Source of the DNA: Aulosira sp. ZfuVER01
GTDB lineage: Bacteria; Cyanobacteriota; Cyanobacteriia; Cyanobacteriales; Nostocaceae
DNA length: 64,000 bases
Direction of reading: 5' to 3'
NCBI GenBank assembly: GCA_034530615.2
Contig: JAVRCV020000046.1
Span: 1-64,000 of the forward strand
Below are positions 37,939 through 49,042 of the stretch, in pieces. Below the pieces are notes generated by a model. That model ran no database searches and was not told where the DNA came from. It was given only the letters and a program-made list of their open reading frames with translations. A program made the translations under genes and the position numbers. How positions within the stretch are numbered: the stretch's first letter is position 1; each line of letters starts with the position of its first letter.

Positions 37939-38508
37939 ATGATTTCTACCATCAAGCGCCGCTACACTTTAGATGAATATCGCGCCATTGAAGAGAAAGC
38001 AGAAGGACGCAGCGAATATCGAGATGGAGAAATTGTACCCATGCCTGGAGGAACGCTGAAACACAGCCGCATCGGTGGTAATATTTTTGCCTTTCTCAAG
38101 TTTCTGCTGCGCGATACCCAATTTGAGCCAATTAATAGCGATTTGCGGCTGTGGATTCCTGAATATCGACGCGGAGTCTATCCAGATGTGATGGTTTTTG
38201 ATGGAGAACCGCAACTCAATGGTGAGCGTTTAGATGAAGTCTTAAATCCCTTGGTGATTGTTGAAGTATTATCTCCTTCTACCGCAGATTACGACCGTCA
38301 AAATAAATTTCGCATATATCGCTCAATTCCTAGTTTTAGCGAATATTTATTAGTCGAGCAAGATGAACCTTTTGTTGAACGCTATAGCAAGCAAACTCAA
38401 GGTTGGTTGCTTAGTGATTGTAACGGCTTAGAGAGATCTATTTCCCTAGAGTCTGTTGGGATTGAATTGCCAATGGCGGAAATTTATCGCGGTGTTGCTT
38501 TTGAGTAA
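37939..38508 (+). CDS. Uma2-family endonuclease-like protein
   Basis: SEYRDGEIVPMPGG, YPDVMV, EVLSPST. Confidence 0.88.
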   Translation: MISTIKRRYTLDEYRAIEEKAEGRSEYRDGEIVPMPGGTLKHSRIGGNIFAFLKFLLRDTQFEPINSDLRLWIPEYRRGVYPDVMVFDGEPQLNGERLDEVLNPLVIVEVLSPSTADYDRQNKFRIYRSIPSFSEYLLVEQDEPFVERYSKQTQGWLLSDCNGLERSISLESVGIELPMAEIYRGVAFE

Positions 38509-38751
38509 AATAGTTCTGGCTGAAAAGGCGATCTCTAACGCAATGCCAAGAATCGCAACATTTTAGTTTATCTTTATGGGTTGCGTCTCGCTAATAAGCG
38601 ATCGCGTATCCCAACAGGGTTAAAAGTATTGAGGATTTAGAGTTATGTTTAAGTGATCGCTAGCTTCAACATGGAAATTGCTGCAATTGTGCGATCACTT
38701 TCTGTAAGAATACATACTAGCGATCATGCTTGGTTTGCGCCTTTAGGACAT

Positions 38752-41202
38752 TTATGCCACAGTAATTGCTTCAATTTTTTTAAGTTCTTCTACTAGCCTA
38801 GTAGCTTCACCTATTAATTTTTGCAGATATATACTTTTTGTTTGGAATTCTTTCTCTAATTTTTTAATTTCTTCTTTTTCTACATGATCTCCTTCTTTTT
38901 GCATTTGAATTTCCTCTTTTAATTTTTTCACTTCTTCTGTTCTTTTGTGTAAAATTTCTCCTAGCTGTTTAAATGCTTCAGTTATTGATGTCTCTTCTGT
39001 TAATTTTTGGGAGTTTTCTGCTGTTTCACTTGACTCTTCTATTAATTTCCAGATTATTCGATTTAATTCACTCCTCTTGGCTGCTTTTCCTTGTAGTATC
39101 TCAATTTTTTTCTCTAATCTTTGTTTTTCTTCATTTAGTATCTGAATTTCTTTATTTTTATCCTGATTGATTTTTTCTGTTATTTCATTTATTTGAAAAA
39201 GGTTAAAATTGTTGAACTCTTCCTCTTTAAATAAACCTTTTACATATTCTATAGATTGATAATCCTCACTAATAACAAGTTCTATCTTTTGTTTGAGCAA
39301 GCGATCAATTTCATACTGTTGAAGAACTCGATTCAAATCTGATTTAGCCTCATCTATATTTCCTTTAAATATATTGACCATACCACGAAATATAAAACAC
39401 TCTTCTTTATCAGGCGCTAGGCTAATAGCTTGAGTTAAACTCTCCTTTATGTGATTTAAATTAGGAATTTCCTCTGTTTTCCATCTAACTTCAAAAATAT
39501 TATTTTTAGATATGAAGCAAAGTAAAGGAAACATTCCTTGATATACCAGTGCGATCGCACGACACTTGTCCTCAAGCAAAGTAACTTGTAGCAGTGCCGA
39601 AAGTACCTCTACTATCTCACCCGAATGGTTTTGTGCAAGACTTTTTAGCCCATTGAGAAACTGCTGACTCCACCGTTTTATATCTTCTGAGCTAGTAGCA
39701 ATCCCTGCCATGTTCATGGCTTCTGCCCATTCCTGTGCAAACTTTTGTGAAGTATCTAACGCCATTAGCCAACCATTTAATGCCATCCTCATCTGCTGCA
39801 AGGGATTTGCACAAAGACTGTGATACAACCACTCCAAGGTGTACTTCTGCCAGGTTTCATTCTTTAGCTGCTGTGTATCGGTTAAACCTAGACTTTTTCG
39901 GAGTTCATCATAATACTCAGCTAACTGTTTATGCTGCTTTGTCCATGCTTGAGGCGATATCCGACGTTGATAGCGCAACATCTGTTCTCGTACAATGTTG
40001 TGATACTGCCATCCTTCGGGATGTTCTACAACAAAAGAGCGCTCCTTCAACCACTCAAATAGATCATTTACTGCTGACTCATCCACCAGCAACGCTAAAA
40101 TATCTCGATTCAACATTCTTGGAAGCGCAGCATCTAAAGCTAACTGACGCTTTGTTCCATCCGATTCCCATTTTAGAAAACGCTCTACCGCTTCCTCACA
40201 GGGATCAACTACCACATTTATACTATTTGGAGTTGCCTGCGCCATCATCCCAATCAATAATGGCAATCCCCCTGATGAAAGTCGCCAAATCTCCTGAATC
40301 ACTGCCTCATTTGTAATTCCCCTATTGGTTAGATATTGCCGTGTTTCATCTTGTGTAAAAGGCTCTAATTCTGACCGAGCGATGCAGCTTTCCATGTCAG
40401 CCCAAATATTTCGGCTCAGGGGATCTCGTCCTGCAATTACTAGTAGAAAATTTGGTGTTAGATATCCATAGCGGTCATCCAAAAGAGAACGTAGCCAATC
40501 GTCTAAAAAAGCTCCTGTTTGCTCATAAGTATCCAACAGCAAAACTACAGTCTGCTTCTCTGCAATTTGGTTGAGATCCTCCAAAAATAGCGGAGTCAAA
40601 ACCTCCAGTGGTTCCCGTAGTAACAACACTTCGTCTTTGTTAGTCAATTTGCGAGCAATGAACGCTAGATACTCACCTGCTTTGTTCGCTACTGCATCTG
40701 TTTCGACCAAATCCAGCACCGCCCTGCTGCCGGGAATCGACTTCGCTGCACCTAAACTTGCCTTAGTCAACATACGCCCCAGTCCTGCTGCAAATCCTTG
40801 AGGAGCATCCGGATCTGCTTCCAGTTCTTGTCGCTTTTGACGGTATGTTTTGTAGCGTTCCTGAAACTTGTCAAACTTATGCCCCTGTTTTTCAAAATCC
40901 ATTGCTAGCCGATAAAGTGCTTCTGGCAAATCATCTACTCGGTTACTCTGTGCACCCTCATCTACGTAAGCAATCAATTGCTTCAAGTCTTCTGCAATTC
41001 TGCAAAACTGCTTTAGTAAAGTTGTTTTACCAATTCCGCCTTGACCGGAGATATTGAATATCACCTGATTACGCTGGTCATAGGGCGTGCTTAGAATAGC
41101 TCGAAACAATTTAATCTGAGCTTCTCGACCAATGAACGACTTTTGAGTGGCGCGATGAGCGCGCATTTCTTTCCAACTACGGGGGCGGTTGTCTTTCGAC
41201 AT
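38752..41202 (-). CDS. STAND/AAA ATPase with TPR and a charged coiled-coil tail
   Basis: FIGRE, GQGGIGKTT, LLLDTYE, SGGLPL; E/K-rich C-terminus. Confidence 0.8.
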   Translation of the reverse strand: MSKDNRPRSWKEMRAHRATQKSFIGREAQIKLFRAILSTPYDQRNQVIFNISGQGGIGKTTLLKQFCRIAEDLKQLIAYVDEGAQSNRVDDLPEALYRLAMDFEKQGHKFDKFQERYKTYRQKRQELEADPDAPQGFAAGLGRMLTKASLGAAKSIPGSRAVLDLVETDAVANKAGEYLAFIARKLTNKDEVLLLREPLEVLTPLFLEDLNQIAEKQTVVLLLDTYEQTGAFLDDWLRSLLDDRYGYLTPNFLLVIAGRDPLSRNIWADMESCIARSELEPFTQDETRQYLTNRGITNEAVIQEIWRLSSGGLPLLIGMMAQATPNSINVVVDPCEEAVERFLKWESDGTKRQLALDAALPRMLNRDILALLVDESAVNDLFEWLKERSFVVEHPEGWQYHNIVREQMLRYQRRISPQAWTKQHKQLAEYYDELRKSLGLTDTQQLKNETWQKYTLEWLYHSLCANPLQQMRMALNGWLMALDTSQKFAQEWAEAMNMAGIATSSEDIKRWSQQFLNGLKSLAQNHSGEIVEVLSALLQVTLLEDKCRAIALVYQGMFPLLCFISKNNIFEVRWKTEEIPNLNHIKESLTQAISLAPDKEECFIFRGMVNIFKGNIDEAKSDLNRVLQQYEIDRLLKQKIELVISEDYQSIEYVKGLFKEEEFNNFNLFQINEITEKINQDKNKEIQILNEEKQRLEKKIEILQGKAAKRSELNRIIWKLIEESSETAENSQKLTEETSITEAFKQLGEILHKRTEEVKKLKEEIQMQKEGDHVEKEEIKKLEKEFQTKSIYLQKLIGEATRLVEELKKIEAITVA

Positions 41203-41400
41203 TGTAAATTATGACAATAGTGAAGCATATTTTCTCTTCACCAGTATGTCTTATGATTCCGTAGACTATCTAGTAAAATCCTGAGATGGAAAGATGCTCA
41301 CCCAAACTCGGCAGCGAAAGGATTGAACCAAAGCTAGTCTCTAACCAAACGGCGATCGCAACCAATTTAAATTTTAGTTTATGGCGATCGCTATTTAAGT

Positions 41401-41502
41401 AGTAGGGGTGCAGCATCCTAAATATTGTTCACAATTAGACAATCTTACTAGCGCCGTGCCCCTACAAAATATAATCCATTACAGCCTAACTGAACTGTAT
41501 TG
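41401..41502. mobile_element. Partial MITE related to 12182-12300
   Basis: Shared core sequence; terminal cctaactgaactgtattg. Confidence 0.55.
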
Positions 41503-41513
41503 GTTTATATTGA

Positions 41514-43466
41514 TTAATTCAATAAAAATTCTTTGACAAACATCACCGTTGCATAGAATTGAAAGTCAATATTTTTCTTCTTACTAAACCCATGTCCTTC
41601 ATCCTTCGCCATCAAATACCAAACTGGCACTTGATTATTTTTCACTGTTTTCACAATTTGTTCTGCTTCATTGAGAGGAACGCGGGGGTCATTTTTGCCG
41701 TGAATCACAAATAGCGGTTTCTTAATGCTACTGGCATTATTCACAGGTGAAATCTTCAGCAAGAATTCTCGCATTTTGGGGTCGCGTTCATCACCGTATT
41801 CTACCCTGCGCAAATCACGCCGATAACCTTCAGTTTTTTCTAAGAAGGTGACGAAGTTAGAAATGCCAACTATATCTATAGAAGCACGAATTTTGTCACC
41901 ATATTTAGTCGCAACTGCCAAGGACATATAGCCACCATAGCTTCCCCCTGTGACTAAAATCCGGTCTTTATCTAAATCTGGTTGAGTAGCAATCCAGTCT
42001 AATAATGCACCGATATCTTTAACTGAGTCTTCCCGTTGATAGCCGTTATCCAACTTTAAGAAGTTTTTGCCGTAGCCACTTGAACCCCTGACGTTAGGAA
42101 ACAAGATAGCAACACCTAATTCGTTGAGATAGTAATTACCCCGCCCTAAGAATGAGGGAGTAAATTGGCTTTCCGGCCCTCCATGAATATCAATTATTAC
42201 TGGACGCTTACCTTTAAATTTAGCTGGGGGATGATACAAAAAGCCGGAGATGGTTCTATTATCGAAACTCTTCCAACGTACTAGTTGGGCTTCGGGGTAA
42301 TTCTCTGTGTTTAAGCCGCCTGTTTCGCTTTCTGTCCAGCGTTCAATTTTGTTGCTGAGGATATTTAAGGAGTAAACATCTGCTGTTGTTCGTGCCGAAA
42401 CTAAAGTAAAGCCTAAATCTTGGTTATTGCGATGCCAATTAACGCCATATATCTCTCCTATTGGTAACTTTGGCAATGGCTTTTCTTTACCTGTGGCTGT
42501 TTCCAAAAGATGCAACACAGCAGCCCCATCTTCATTGGTGACGAAAGCAATGTGTTTACCATCATAGGAAAGGTCAAATTCCTCCACATCCCAAGGAATG
42601 TTACTGGTGAGATAGGTGTGCTGTAATGTTGCTAAGTCAATGTATGCCAACCGAGAAAATTCAAAGTCGCGGTCTGTAATCGCATACAAACCCTTACCAT
42701 CTTTACTAAATGCGCCGCCATAATAGGCAACTTTTTCCTTACCTCCCTTGGGTGTGACTAGTTTCTTCTCACTCGACTGAGTATCAACCAACCAAAGATA
42801 ACTTTCATTGGCAGAAACATATTCCTGTATCAACAATTGACGGTCGTCTGGCGACCAATCCAAAGTACCCCAACCACCGCCTTCAACTTGTGCTAACAAG
42901 CGATCGCTCTTCGGATTTTTTGGGTCGATAATGTAAAAATCATAATCTTTACCTGTACGGCGGGTAGAAGTGTAAATCATTCTATCCCCCCGATTCGCCC
43001 ACACACCCCGGCTGTTTTTGGACTTTCCATCAGTTAGGAGTGTAATCTCTCCTGTCGCTAATTCATAACGGTAATTTTGGTTAAATTCATTACCACCAGT
43101 ATCTTTACTAAAAACAAAATACTTGCCTTCGGTGGGTTGAAAAGTTCCCCCGCCAACTCGTTCCGGGAAGAACGTCAACTGCTTGCGATTCCCTAGAGGA
43201 AATTTAACTAAGTGTACTTGAGGTACATCCCCAAAGCGCGTCGAAATCAGCATTTCCCGGCGATGAGGATGCCAACTCGCAAGACCCGCCGATCGAAATT
43301 GGGTGTAGCGGTCTACTGTTTCTGACAGTGATGCGGGTATTGGTGGAATACCTTCAGTTACAAGATTTTCTCCCGGATTAACTGTGGGGTTTTGGGCAGA
43401 AACCATAAGAATGGGCAGTAGTAATACTGCAATTAAGGTAGTAAAAAACTTGGAAAAAAATCGCAT
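41514..43466 (-). CDS. S9-family (prolyl oligopeptidase-like) peptidase with signal peptide
   Basis: HGGPE, GGSYGG, HGKNDPRVP, DEGHGF. Confidence 0.92.
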   Translation of the reverse strand: MRFFSKFFTTLIAVLLLPILMVSAQNPTVNPGENLVTEGIPPIPASLSETVDRYTQFRSAGLASWHPHRREMLISTRFGDVPQVHLVKFPLGNRKQLTFFPERVGGGTFQPTEGKYFVFSKDTGGNEFNQNYRYELATGEITLLTDGKSKNSRGVWANRGDRMIYTSTRRTGKDYDFYIIDPKNPKSDRLLAQVEGGGWGTLDWSPDDRQLLIQEYVSANESYLWLVDTQSSEKKLVTPKGGKEKVAYYGGAFSKDGKGLYAITDRDFEFSRLAYIDLATLQHTYLTSNIPWDVEEFDLSYDGKHIAFVTNEDGAAVLHLLETATGKEKPLPKLPIGEIYGVNWHRNNQDLGFTLVSARTTADVYSLNILSNKIERWTESETGGLNTENYPEAQLVRWKSFDNRTISGFLYHPPAKFKGKRPVIIDIHGGPESQFTPSFLGRGNYYLNELGVAILFPNVRGSSGYGKNFLKLDNGYQREDSVKDIGALLDWIATQPDLDKDRILVTGGSYGGYMSLAVATKYGDKIRASIDIVGISNFVTFLEKTEGYRRDLRRVEYGDERDPKMREFLLKISPVNNASSIKKPLFVIHGKNDPRVPLNEAEQIVKTVKNNQVPVWYLMAKDEGHGFSKKKNIDFQFYATVMFVKEFLLN

Positions 43467-43646
43467 TTGCCGATTATCGCAAATTTTGGCAGCAAAATTA
43501 TACCTGCAATCTCTTAGCTAAAGTTGAGAATATTTTATATAAAAGAACCACAAAGATACAAAGACAAAAATTTATCTGCGTCCATACTCTTCTTCTATCG
43601 GCGGTTAATTCTTTGTTGTTCTCACCAATGTGGGAATCACTATATA

Positions 43647-44915
43647 TTAATTACCGCGATCGCGTTCTAATTCTGTAATCACTTTTTGTAAATACCACTC
43701 TTCTGGCATCTGCGGATAGTACTCTTTCTTTTGCTGAATTAATCTTTGGGCAATTTCCCACTGTCCGCCAACCAGACGCAACAATCGCTGACGCAGAAGA
43801 TTATATTTATGGTTTTTGTTTTCAGGAAGAGATTTCTGAATTTTATTCAGGCTATTTAACACTTGTTGATAGTTGTCCCAGTCTTCTTTTTCGAGGAAAA
43901 TACTTGCCGCTTTTTGATAATCTTCAATCGCCTGTTGCATTTCTTCTAAAAGAGTATGAGCAATACCGCGATTATAGTAAGCTTGGGCATCTTCAGGATT
44001 AATTTGTAGTGCTTGGGAATAATCTTGAATTGCAGCGAGATAATTGCTCATTGCTCGATAGGCATTGCCTCTGGCAACATAGACTAAGGCATCCTGGGGT
44101 TGAATTTGCAGTGCAGAGTTAAAGTCTGCGATCGCACCTTGGTAATCGCCTAACAAAGAACGGGCTTTACCTCGGTTACGATAAACAATAGCATCCTGAA
44201 AATTCAATTTTAGTGCTTGGTTAAAATCTGCGATCGCACCTTGATAGTTACCCATTTTGCAACGCACCACCCCACGACAGCAATAAGCTTGAGCATCTTG
44301 CGGATCGGCTTGCAACACCCAGTTTAAATCTTCAATCGCCTCGCGGGTGTCTCCCTTTTCTGCCTTATTTAATAGTTGCGTAAAATATTCTTTCTCGGAT
44401 TTGATGGTAACACTTGGGGAATTGGATTGCTGTACAGTTGGTTTTTCTGGTGGTTGTAGCTGTTTAATTTTTTCCAAACACAGACGACAATTTTCCTTAT
44501 CCTTTTGCGCTAGATATAATTCTGCCGCTTTTTTAAAATTAGCGATCGCATCGTGAATATACCCTTGTTTGCGCCGCACCATCCCCCGAAGACTGTAAGC
44601 TGCGGCATAATTATAATTAAGGCGAATAGCACGTTCCACATCTTCCAAAGCACCCGGCAGATTTTTCAACGCTACCCTAGCTAAGGCGCGAGAATAATAT
44701 GCTTCAACACTTTCAGGATTCAGCTTTAGGACTTCGGTGTAATCTGACACAGCCTGGAGAATTTCCCCTGAGTCATAATATGCCAACCCCCTTTGAAAGT
44801 AAGCTTCGGGAAAGTAAGGTGTCACCTGCAAAGCACGATTAAATTCCTCAATAGCTCCAGCGTAGTCTTTTTGTTTAGCTTTTTCCAACCCTCGATTATA
44901 GAATTCTTCATTCAT
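43647..44915 (-). CDS. TPR-repeat protein
   Basis: Repeated AY.NRG…A..D…AL units. Confidence 0.88.
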   Translation of the reverse strand: MNEEFYNRGLEKAKQKDYAGAIEEFNRALQVTPYFPEAYFQRGLAYYDSGEILQAVSDYTEVLKLNPESVEAYYSRALARVALKNLPGALEDVERAIRLNYNYAAAYSLRGMVRRKQGYIHDAIANFKKAAELYLAQKDKENCRLCLEKIKQLQPPEKPTVQQSNSPSVTIKSEKEYFTQLLNKAEKGDTREAIEDLNWVLQADPQDAQAYCCRGVVRCKMGNYQGAIADFNQALKLNFQDAIVYRNRGKARSLLGDYQGAIADFNSALQIQPQDALVYVARGNAYRAMSNYLAAIQDYSQALQINPEDAQAYYNRGIAHTLLEEMQQAIEDYQKAASIFLEKEDWDNYQQVLNSLNKIQKSLPENKNHKYNLLRQRLLRLVGGQWEIAQRLIQQKKEYYPQMPEEWYLQKVITELERDRGN

Positions 44916-45110
44916 GGCTTTTATTAGTTATGGCTATATAAGTATTCACCGTGACTCTAGCTCATTTCCTATGTTAATGACATTAAACTAAGCTTCAAGT
45001 ATAACTTTATCAAGTTCATACAGAGCACGAGGAGTAACCGTCTCTTCCTTGGCGCACTTGTCGTACTTGGCGGTTCGACATCAATGTTCGACATCAATTA
45101 TTTTTTAACT

Positions 45111-46259
45111 ATGAAAATTAGAACTATTACCACAGGAATTTCTCTGCAATCTCCTCAAGATACAGACAAAATTAGACAAGCTACTGAATTTAACCAACAA
45201 GCCAAAGAAATTTTCACACAACAAGGCTACGAAGTTCAAACAACGAGAGTAGCTACCAATTCCTGGGAAGAATATCTCCAAGGTTTATCCAAAATTGAAA
45301 TTTTAAATCAAATCCAAAATATAGAAGAAATCTGCCATCATTTGAATATCAGCTTCTTCAATATTGGTTATGCTAGCCAACCGTCAACTATTGCCTTAAT
45401 TCCAGAAATCAATAAACATACATCAGTCATTTACTGCACGAGCAAAATTGGCGATCGCGCAAGTGGAATCAACTTAGAAAATGCTTTAGAATCAGCAAAA
45501 GCCATTAAAAGCATTTCTCAAGAAACTGAAAATGGCTATGGAAACTTTCGTTTTTGTGCCTGGGCAAACTGTCAGCCAGGAATCCCATTTTTTCCAACAT
45601 CATATCATCAAGGTAATACAGCATTCGGTATAGGTTTAGAATTCTGCGATCTAGTAACAGAGGCATTCTCTCAAGCTGATAATATTCAAATGGCAGAACA
45701 AAAACTGCAAATACTCTTAGAAACAGAGTGCAATAAAATTGCAGCTATTGCTGAAGTAATCTCCGATAAATTTGCTATTGCATATCAAGGAATTGATACT
45801 TCTCTCGCTCCATCATTAGATAAAACTAATAGTATCGCCTTTGCCTATGAAGAGCTAATAAACGGCAAATTTGGTCAACCTGGAACTTTAGCAATTTCTG
45901 GAATGCTAACCCGTGTTTTGAAAAATGTTGCCGTGAAAATCTGTGGTTACTCTGGTTTAATGCTGCCAGTTTGTGAAGATGTCGGATTAGCGGCAAGAGC
46001 TAACGAGCAAACCTATGATATTACCAATTTATTACTTTATTCAGCAGTTTGTGGCTGTGGACTAGATACAGTCCCCATAGCAGGCGATATATCAATTGAA
46101 AAAATTGCAGCCATATTAATTGATATGGCAACTTTAGCAATTAAGTTAGATAAACCACTATCAGCAAGATTATTTCCCATCCCAAATAAAAAAGCTGGAG
46201 AAATGGCTGTATTCAATTCCCCCTACCTTGTCGATTGCCAAATATTTTCAGTTAATTGA
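45111..46259 (+). CDS. DUF711-family protein
   Basis: MKIRTIT, PFFP, GIDTSLAP, GYSGLMLPVCED, SAVCGCGLDTVP, KPLSARLFP. Confidence 0.8.
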   Translation: MKIRTITTGISLQSPQDTDKIRQATEFNQQAKEIFTQQGYEVQTTRVATNSWEEYLQGLSKIEILNQIQNIEEICHHLNISFFNIGYASQPSTIALIPEINKHTSVIYCTSKIGDRASGINLENALESAKAIKSISQETENGYGNFRFCAWANCQPGIPFFPTSYHQGNTAFGIGLEFCDLVTEAFSQADNIQMAEQKLQILLETECNKIAAIAEVISDKFAIAYQGIDTSLAPSLDKTNSIAFAYEELINGKFGQPGTLAISGMLTRVLKNVAVKICGYSGLMLPVCEDVGLAARANEQTYDITNLLLYSAVCGCGLDTVPIAGDISIEKIAAILIDMATLAIKLDKPLSARLFPIPNKKAGEMAVFNSPYLVDCQIFSVN

Positions 46260-46346
46260 ATGATCAACATTGACCGGGAACGCTTAAAGACTTATCATTA
46301 AGAACGCAGAGGAAGAAAGAGTTTTTAAATTTTTGCACTGAAGAAG

Positions 46347-46445
46347 ATCGGCAAGATTATTTTCCATCCCAAATAAAAAAGCTGGGGAAATGCTTAGATT
46401 CAATTCCCCAGCTTGTAAATTGACAAATATTTTAAGTTAATTAAA
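46347..46445 (+). repeat. Diverged direct duplicate of the DUF711 gene 3' end (46160-46260)
   Basis: gcaagattatt(t/c)ccatcccaaataaaaaagctgg…caaatatttt(a/c)agttaatt occurs in both. Confidence 0.85.
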
Positions 46446-46520
46446 TTATTTACAAACACAGATAAGCACCGATTATTTATATTTATCTATGTTTATCTAT
46501 GATTGTATGTCTCAATAGAA

Positions 46521-47189
46521 TTAATCAGAAAGTAAACTTGGAGAAGTTAGCACAAAAACATCTCTTGTTCCTAGAGTGTTTATCTCTGGTTTAATCGGAG
46601 TAGTAAAGTGCAAAAATTCATGGTCATTAACCAACAAAAGTTCTCCCGGATTTAGAACTTTACTAAAAATGGGTTCTTTCTGGGTGTCTGTATACAAATG
46701 TGTTTCTGCGCCTTGAATATTGTCTCTATCAACAGAGAAAATCCCGATAAAATCTGTCCCATCTCTATGGATACCTTCAGGCGCAGGATTACCCAAATTA
46801 TCAGGCGAACAGCTAATCCTAATTTGATGAACTCCTATTTCTGCCTCTGGATGAAGTTTACAAGAATCAGTAAATGCTAAGATAAGGTTTTGAAATATAT
46901 TAAGTTCTATCATCGCATCATCTAATTCTGCAAACTCTCTTTTAATATCTCCCAATAATGGATTGTAATCTTTGCTTTGGTAGAAATAACCATGAGGTAG
47001 TTTAATCAATCTATCCCCAACAACAGTAAATCGAGATAATCTTCGAGAGCGATAATTGCCTTTGATGTAAGGATCAACAGGCAGATCGTTGAAAAATGGT
47101 TTGAAACCTTCTAGCTTAATGGAATTAACCTTTCTTAGGGTAAAAAGAAAAGCGTATTCTAATTCCGTTGCGCCCCGAACTGTTTGCAT
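46521..47189 (-). CDS. 2OG-Fe(II) dioxygenase family protein
   Basis: PEGIHRDG, HFTTPI, RDVFV. Confidence 0.82.
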   Translation of the reverse strand: MQTVRGATELEYAFLFTLRKVNSIKLEGFKPFFNDLPVDPYIKGNYRSRRLSRFTVVGDRLIKLPHGYFYQSKDYNPLLGDIKREFAELDDAMIELNIFQNLILAFTDSCKLHPEAEIGVHQIRISCSPDNLGNPAPEGIHRDGTDFIGIFSVDRDNIQGAETHLYTDTQKEPIFSKVLNPGELLLVNDHEFLHFTTPIKPEINTLGTRDVFVLTSPSLLSD

Positions 47190-47433
47190 AGGATTTACCT
47201 ACTTGCACATTGCAACCCTCCTAACTTTTTTTCTTTTAGGAGGCTGATAATATCTATTGTATGCTACGGTTTATTAAACTGTCGTAAAAATAACTACAAA
47301 AATTGCCAAACTATGGTAAAGAAGATTTGTCGTACTAAATCATTAGCTCATCAGTAAAGCCAAGCAAGAGTCAACAGAAAATGTCCACTTGCCCAGAGTG
47401 AAGTCTAAGGTATGCCCAGTGCCTAATTTCAAT

Positions 47434-48549
47434 CTATCGGCTAGCTTTTTTAGCTCGCTTGCGTTGATACATTTGGATATCAGCGAGAGTAATCAACTCA
47501 TCTAAAGAAACAGGCTGAGTGGGGTTATAAGAATGAGCGCCAATACTCACAGATAGATAAAACCGATGCTGTTGAGTCTGGTTGAATCGGTCGATAGAAG
47601 CTTGCAATCGCTGCTGGATTACGTCAGAACTAGGATCGTTGCCTTGAAGCAGCACTACAAATTCATCGCCGCCCAATCGAGCCAGCATATCAGATTTACG
47701 ACAAGTCTGTTTGAGTAAGGTGGCAGTAGCGACAATGGCATTATCACCAATTTCATGTCCGAAGACATCGTTGATAGTCTTCAATCCATCCAAATCGATG
47801 AATAGCAAGGTTGTGGGGATATGCGATCTCTGGAGTAGCTTGATTTGCCGTTCAGCCAGCAGGAAAAAGCCACGCCGATTGTACAACCCTGTGAGTTCAT
47901 CAATTAGAGCAAGGCGGCAGACTTGAGCTTCAACATCTGCGCGATCGCTAATTTCTTTTTCTAAAGCAGCAGTGCGATCGCACAATTGCTGTTCCAATTC
48001 TAAATACTGCTGTACATTTTCCATTGCCACTGCGGCGTGATCGGCTAAGAAATGTAACAGCTTGACTTCTTCTGTTGTTGGATGATGATGCTTTGCCCAA
48101 TAAATCCCAATACAGCCAATCGGGTTAACGATGCGGATAGGCATCATTACCATGCTTTTGACAAATGTAGACTTGTAAATAGCATAACTAACCCTTTGAT
48201 CGCTGTATACATCTTTAATAATCGCAGGCTGACGATTTCCCATCGCCCAACCTCCAACACAGATATCCATCGGCAATCGCTGACCTTTCCAAAGAGGTGC
48301 GATCGCATCTTCATCAGCATAGTAGCAGTCGCCGTTGACTTTGAGTACAAAACTGCTACCATCTGACTCAGTTAATTGTCGTGCAGCCACCAGCACAATT
48401 TCTATAATCTGCTGCAAGCTTCGGGCTTTTGATAAATCTTGAACTACTAGCAATAAACTTTCCATTGCCAGCACATAGCGCTGAGTCTTAGCATCTTCCA
48501 AACTTAATGGCGGCTGGCATTGCCGTGGTAAGTCGAGTTTAACACTCAT
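47434..48549 (-). CDS. GAF-GGDEF diguanylate cyclase
   Basis: DELTGLYNRR, IDLDGLKTIND, RLGGDEF. Confidence 0.92.
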   Translation of the reverse strand: MSVKLDLPRQCQPPLSLEDAKTQRYVLAMESLLLVVQDLSKARSLQQIIEIVLVAARQLTESDGSSFVLKVNGDCYYADEDAIAPLWKGQRLPMDICVGGWAMGNRQPAIIKDVYSDQRVSYAIYKSTFVKSMVMMPIRIVNPIGCIGIYWAKHHHPTTEEVKLLHFLADHAAVAMENVQQYLELEQQLCDRTAALEKEISDRADVEAQVCRLALIDELTGLYNRRGFFLLAERQIKLLQRSHIPTTLLFIDLDGLKTINDVFGHEIGDNAIVATATLLKQTCRKSDMLARLGGDEFVVLLQGNDPSSDVIQQRLQASIDRFNQTQQHRFYLSVSIGAHSYNPTQPVSLDELITLADIQMYQRKRAKKASR

Positions 48550-49042
48550 ACATTTACCTAGAACACAATAAAGTTATACTTCCCTTAGAAATTACATCTA
48601 TTGAAACAGCTTTAAAAAATTTAATTACGATCAATTTATTTAAAATCTAGTTAGTTGAATATATGTTGAGTATCAGAGTTTCTCCATAAAATAAATCTTA
48701 AGTTTTCTCAGGTTTAATTGAGCGCGATCGCTATCTGTAATTTCTCTAATATTAGATGATTATTCGTCATTTAATATACTATCAACTGCTTTCTATATAG
48801 TGTGTTAAGTATCTTATAAACTTAAGATTTTCTTTATAAAGAAGCTACAATTATTTTTCAATCAGCAAAGAAAAAACCAAACAATTTTCGCGCAGACTAA
48901 GTATAAATTCTGCGGCTTGTTAACCTGATGAAATTTTAGATTTTGAATCTTCAAGTTCATTTTCCAAAATTCCCTCTTCCTTTAGGGTTAAACTTGTTTA
49001 GCTCTTAATTATCTCCTGGCTTTGATAGAGGAGAGTTTCAAA

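Noticed and set aside
46160..46445. DGR variable/template repeat pair
   Set aside because: Mismatches include non-adenine changes and an indel; no DGR-type RT or Avd gene is visible.
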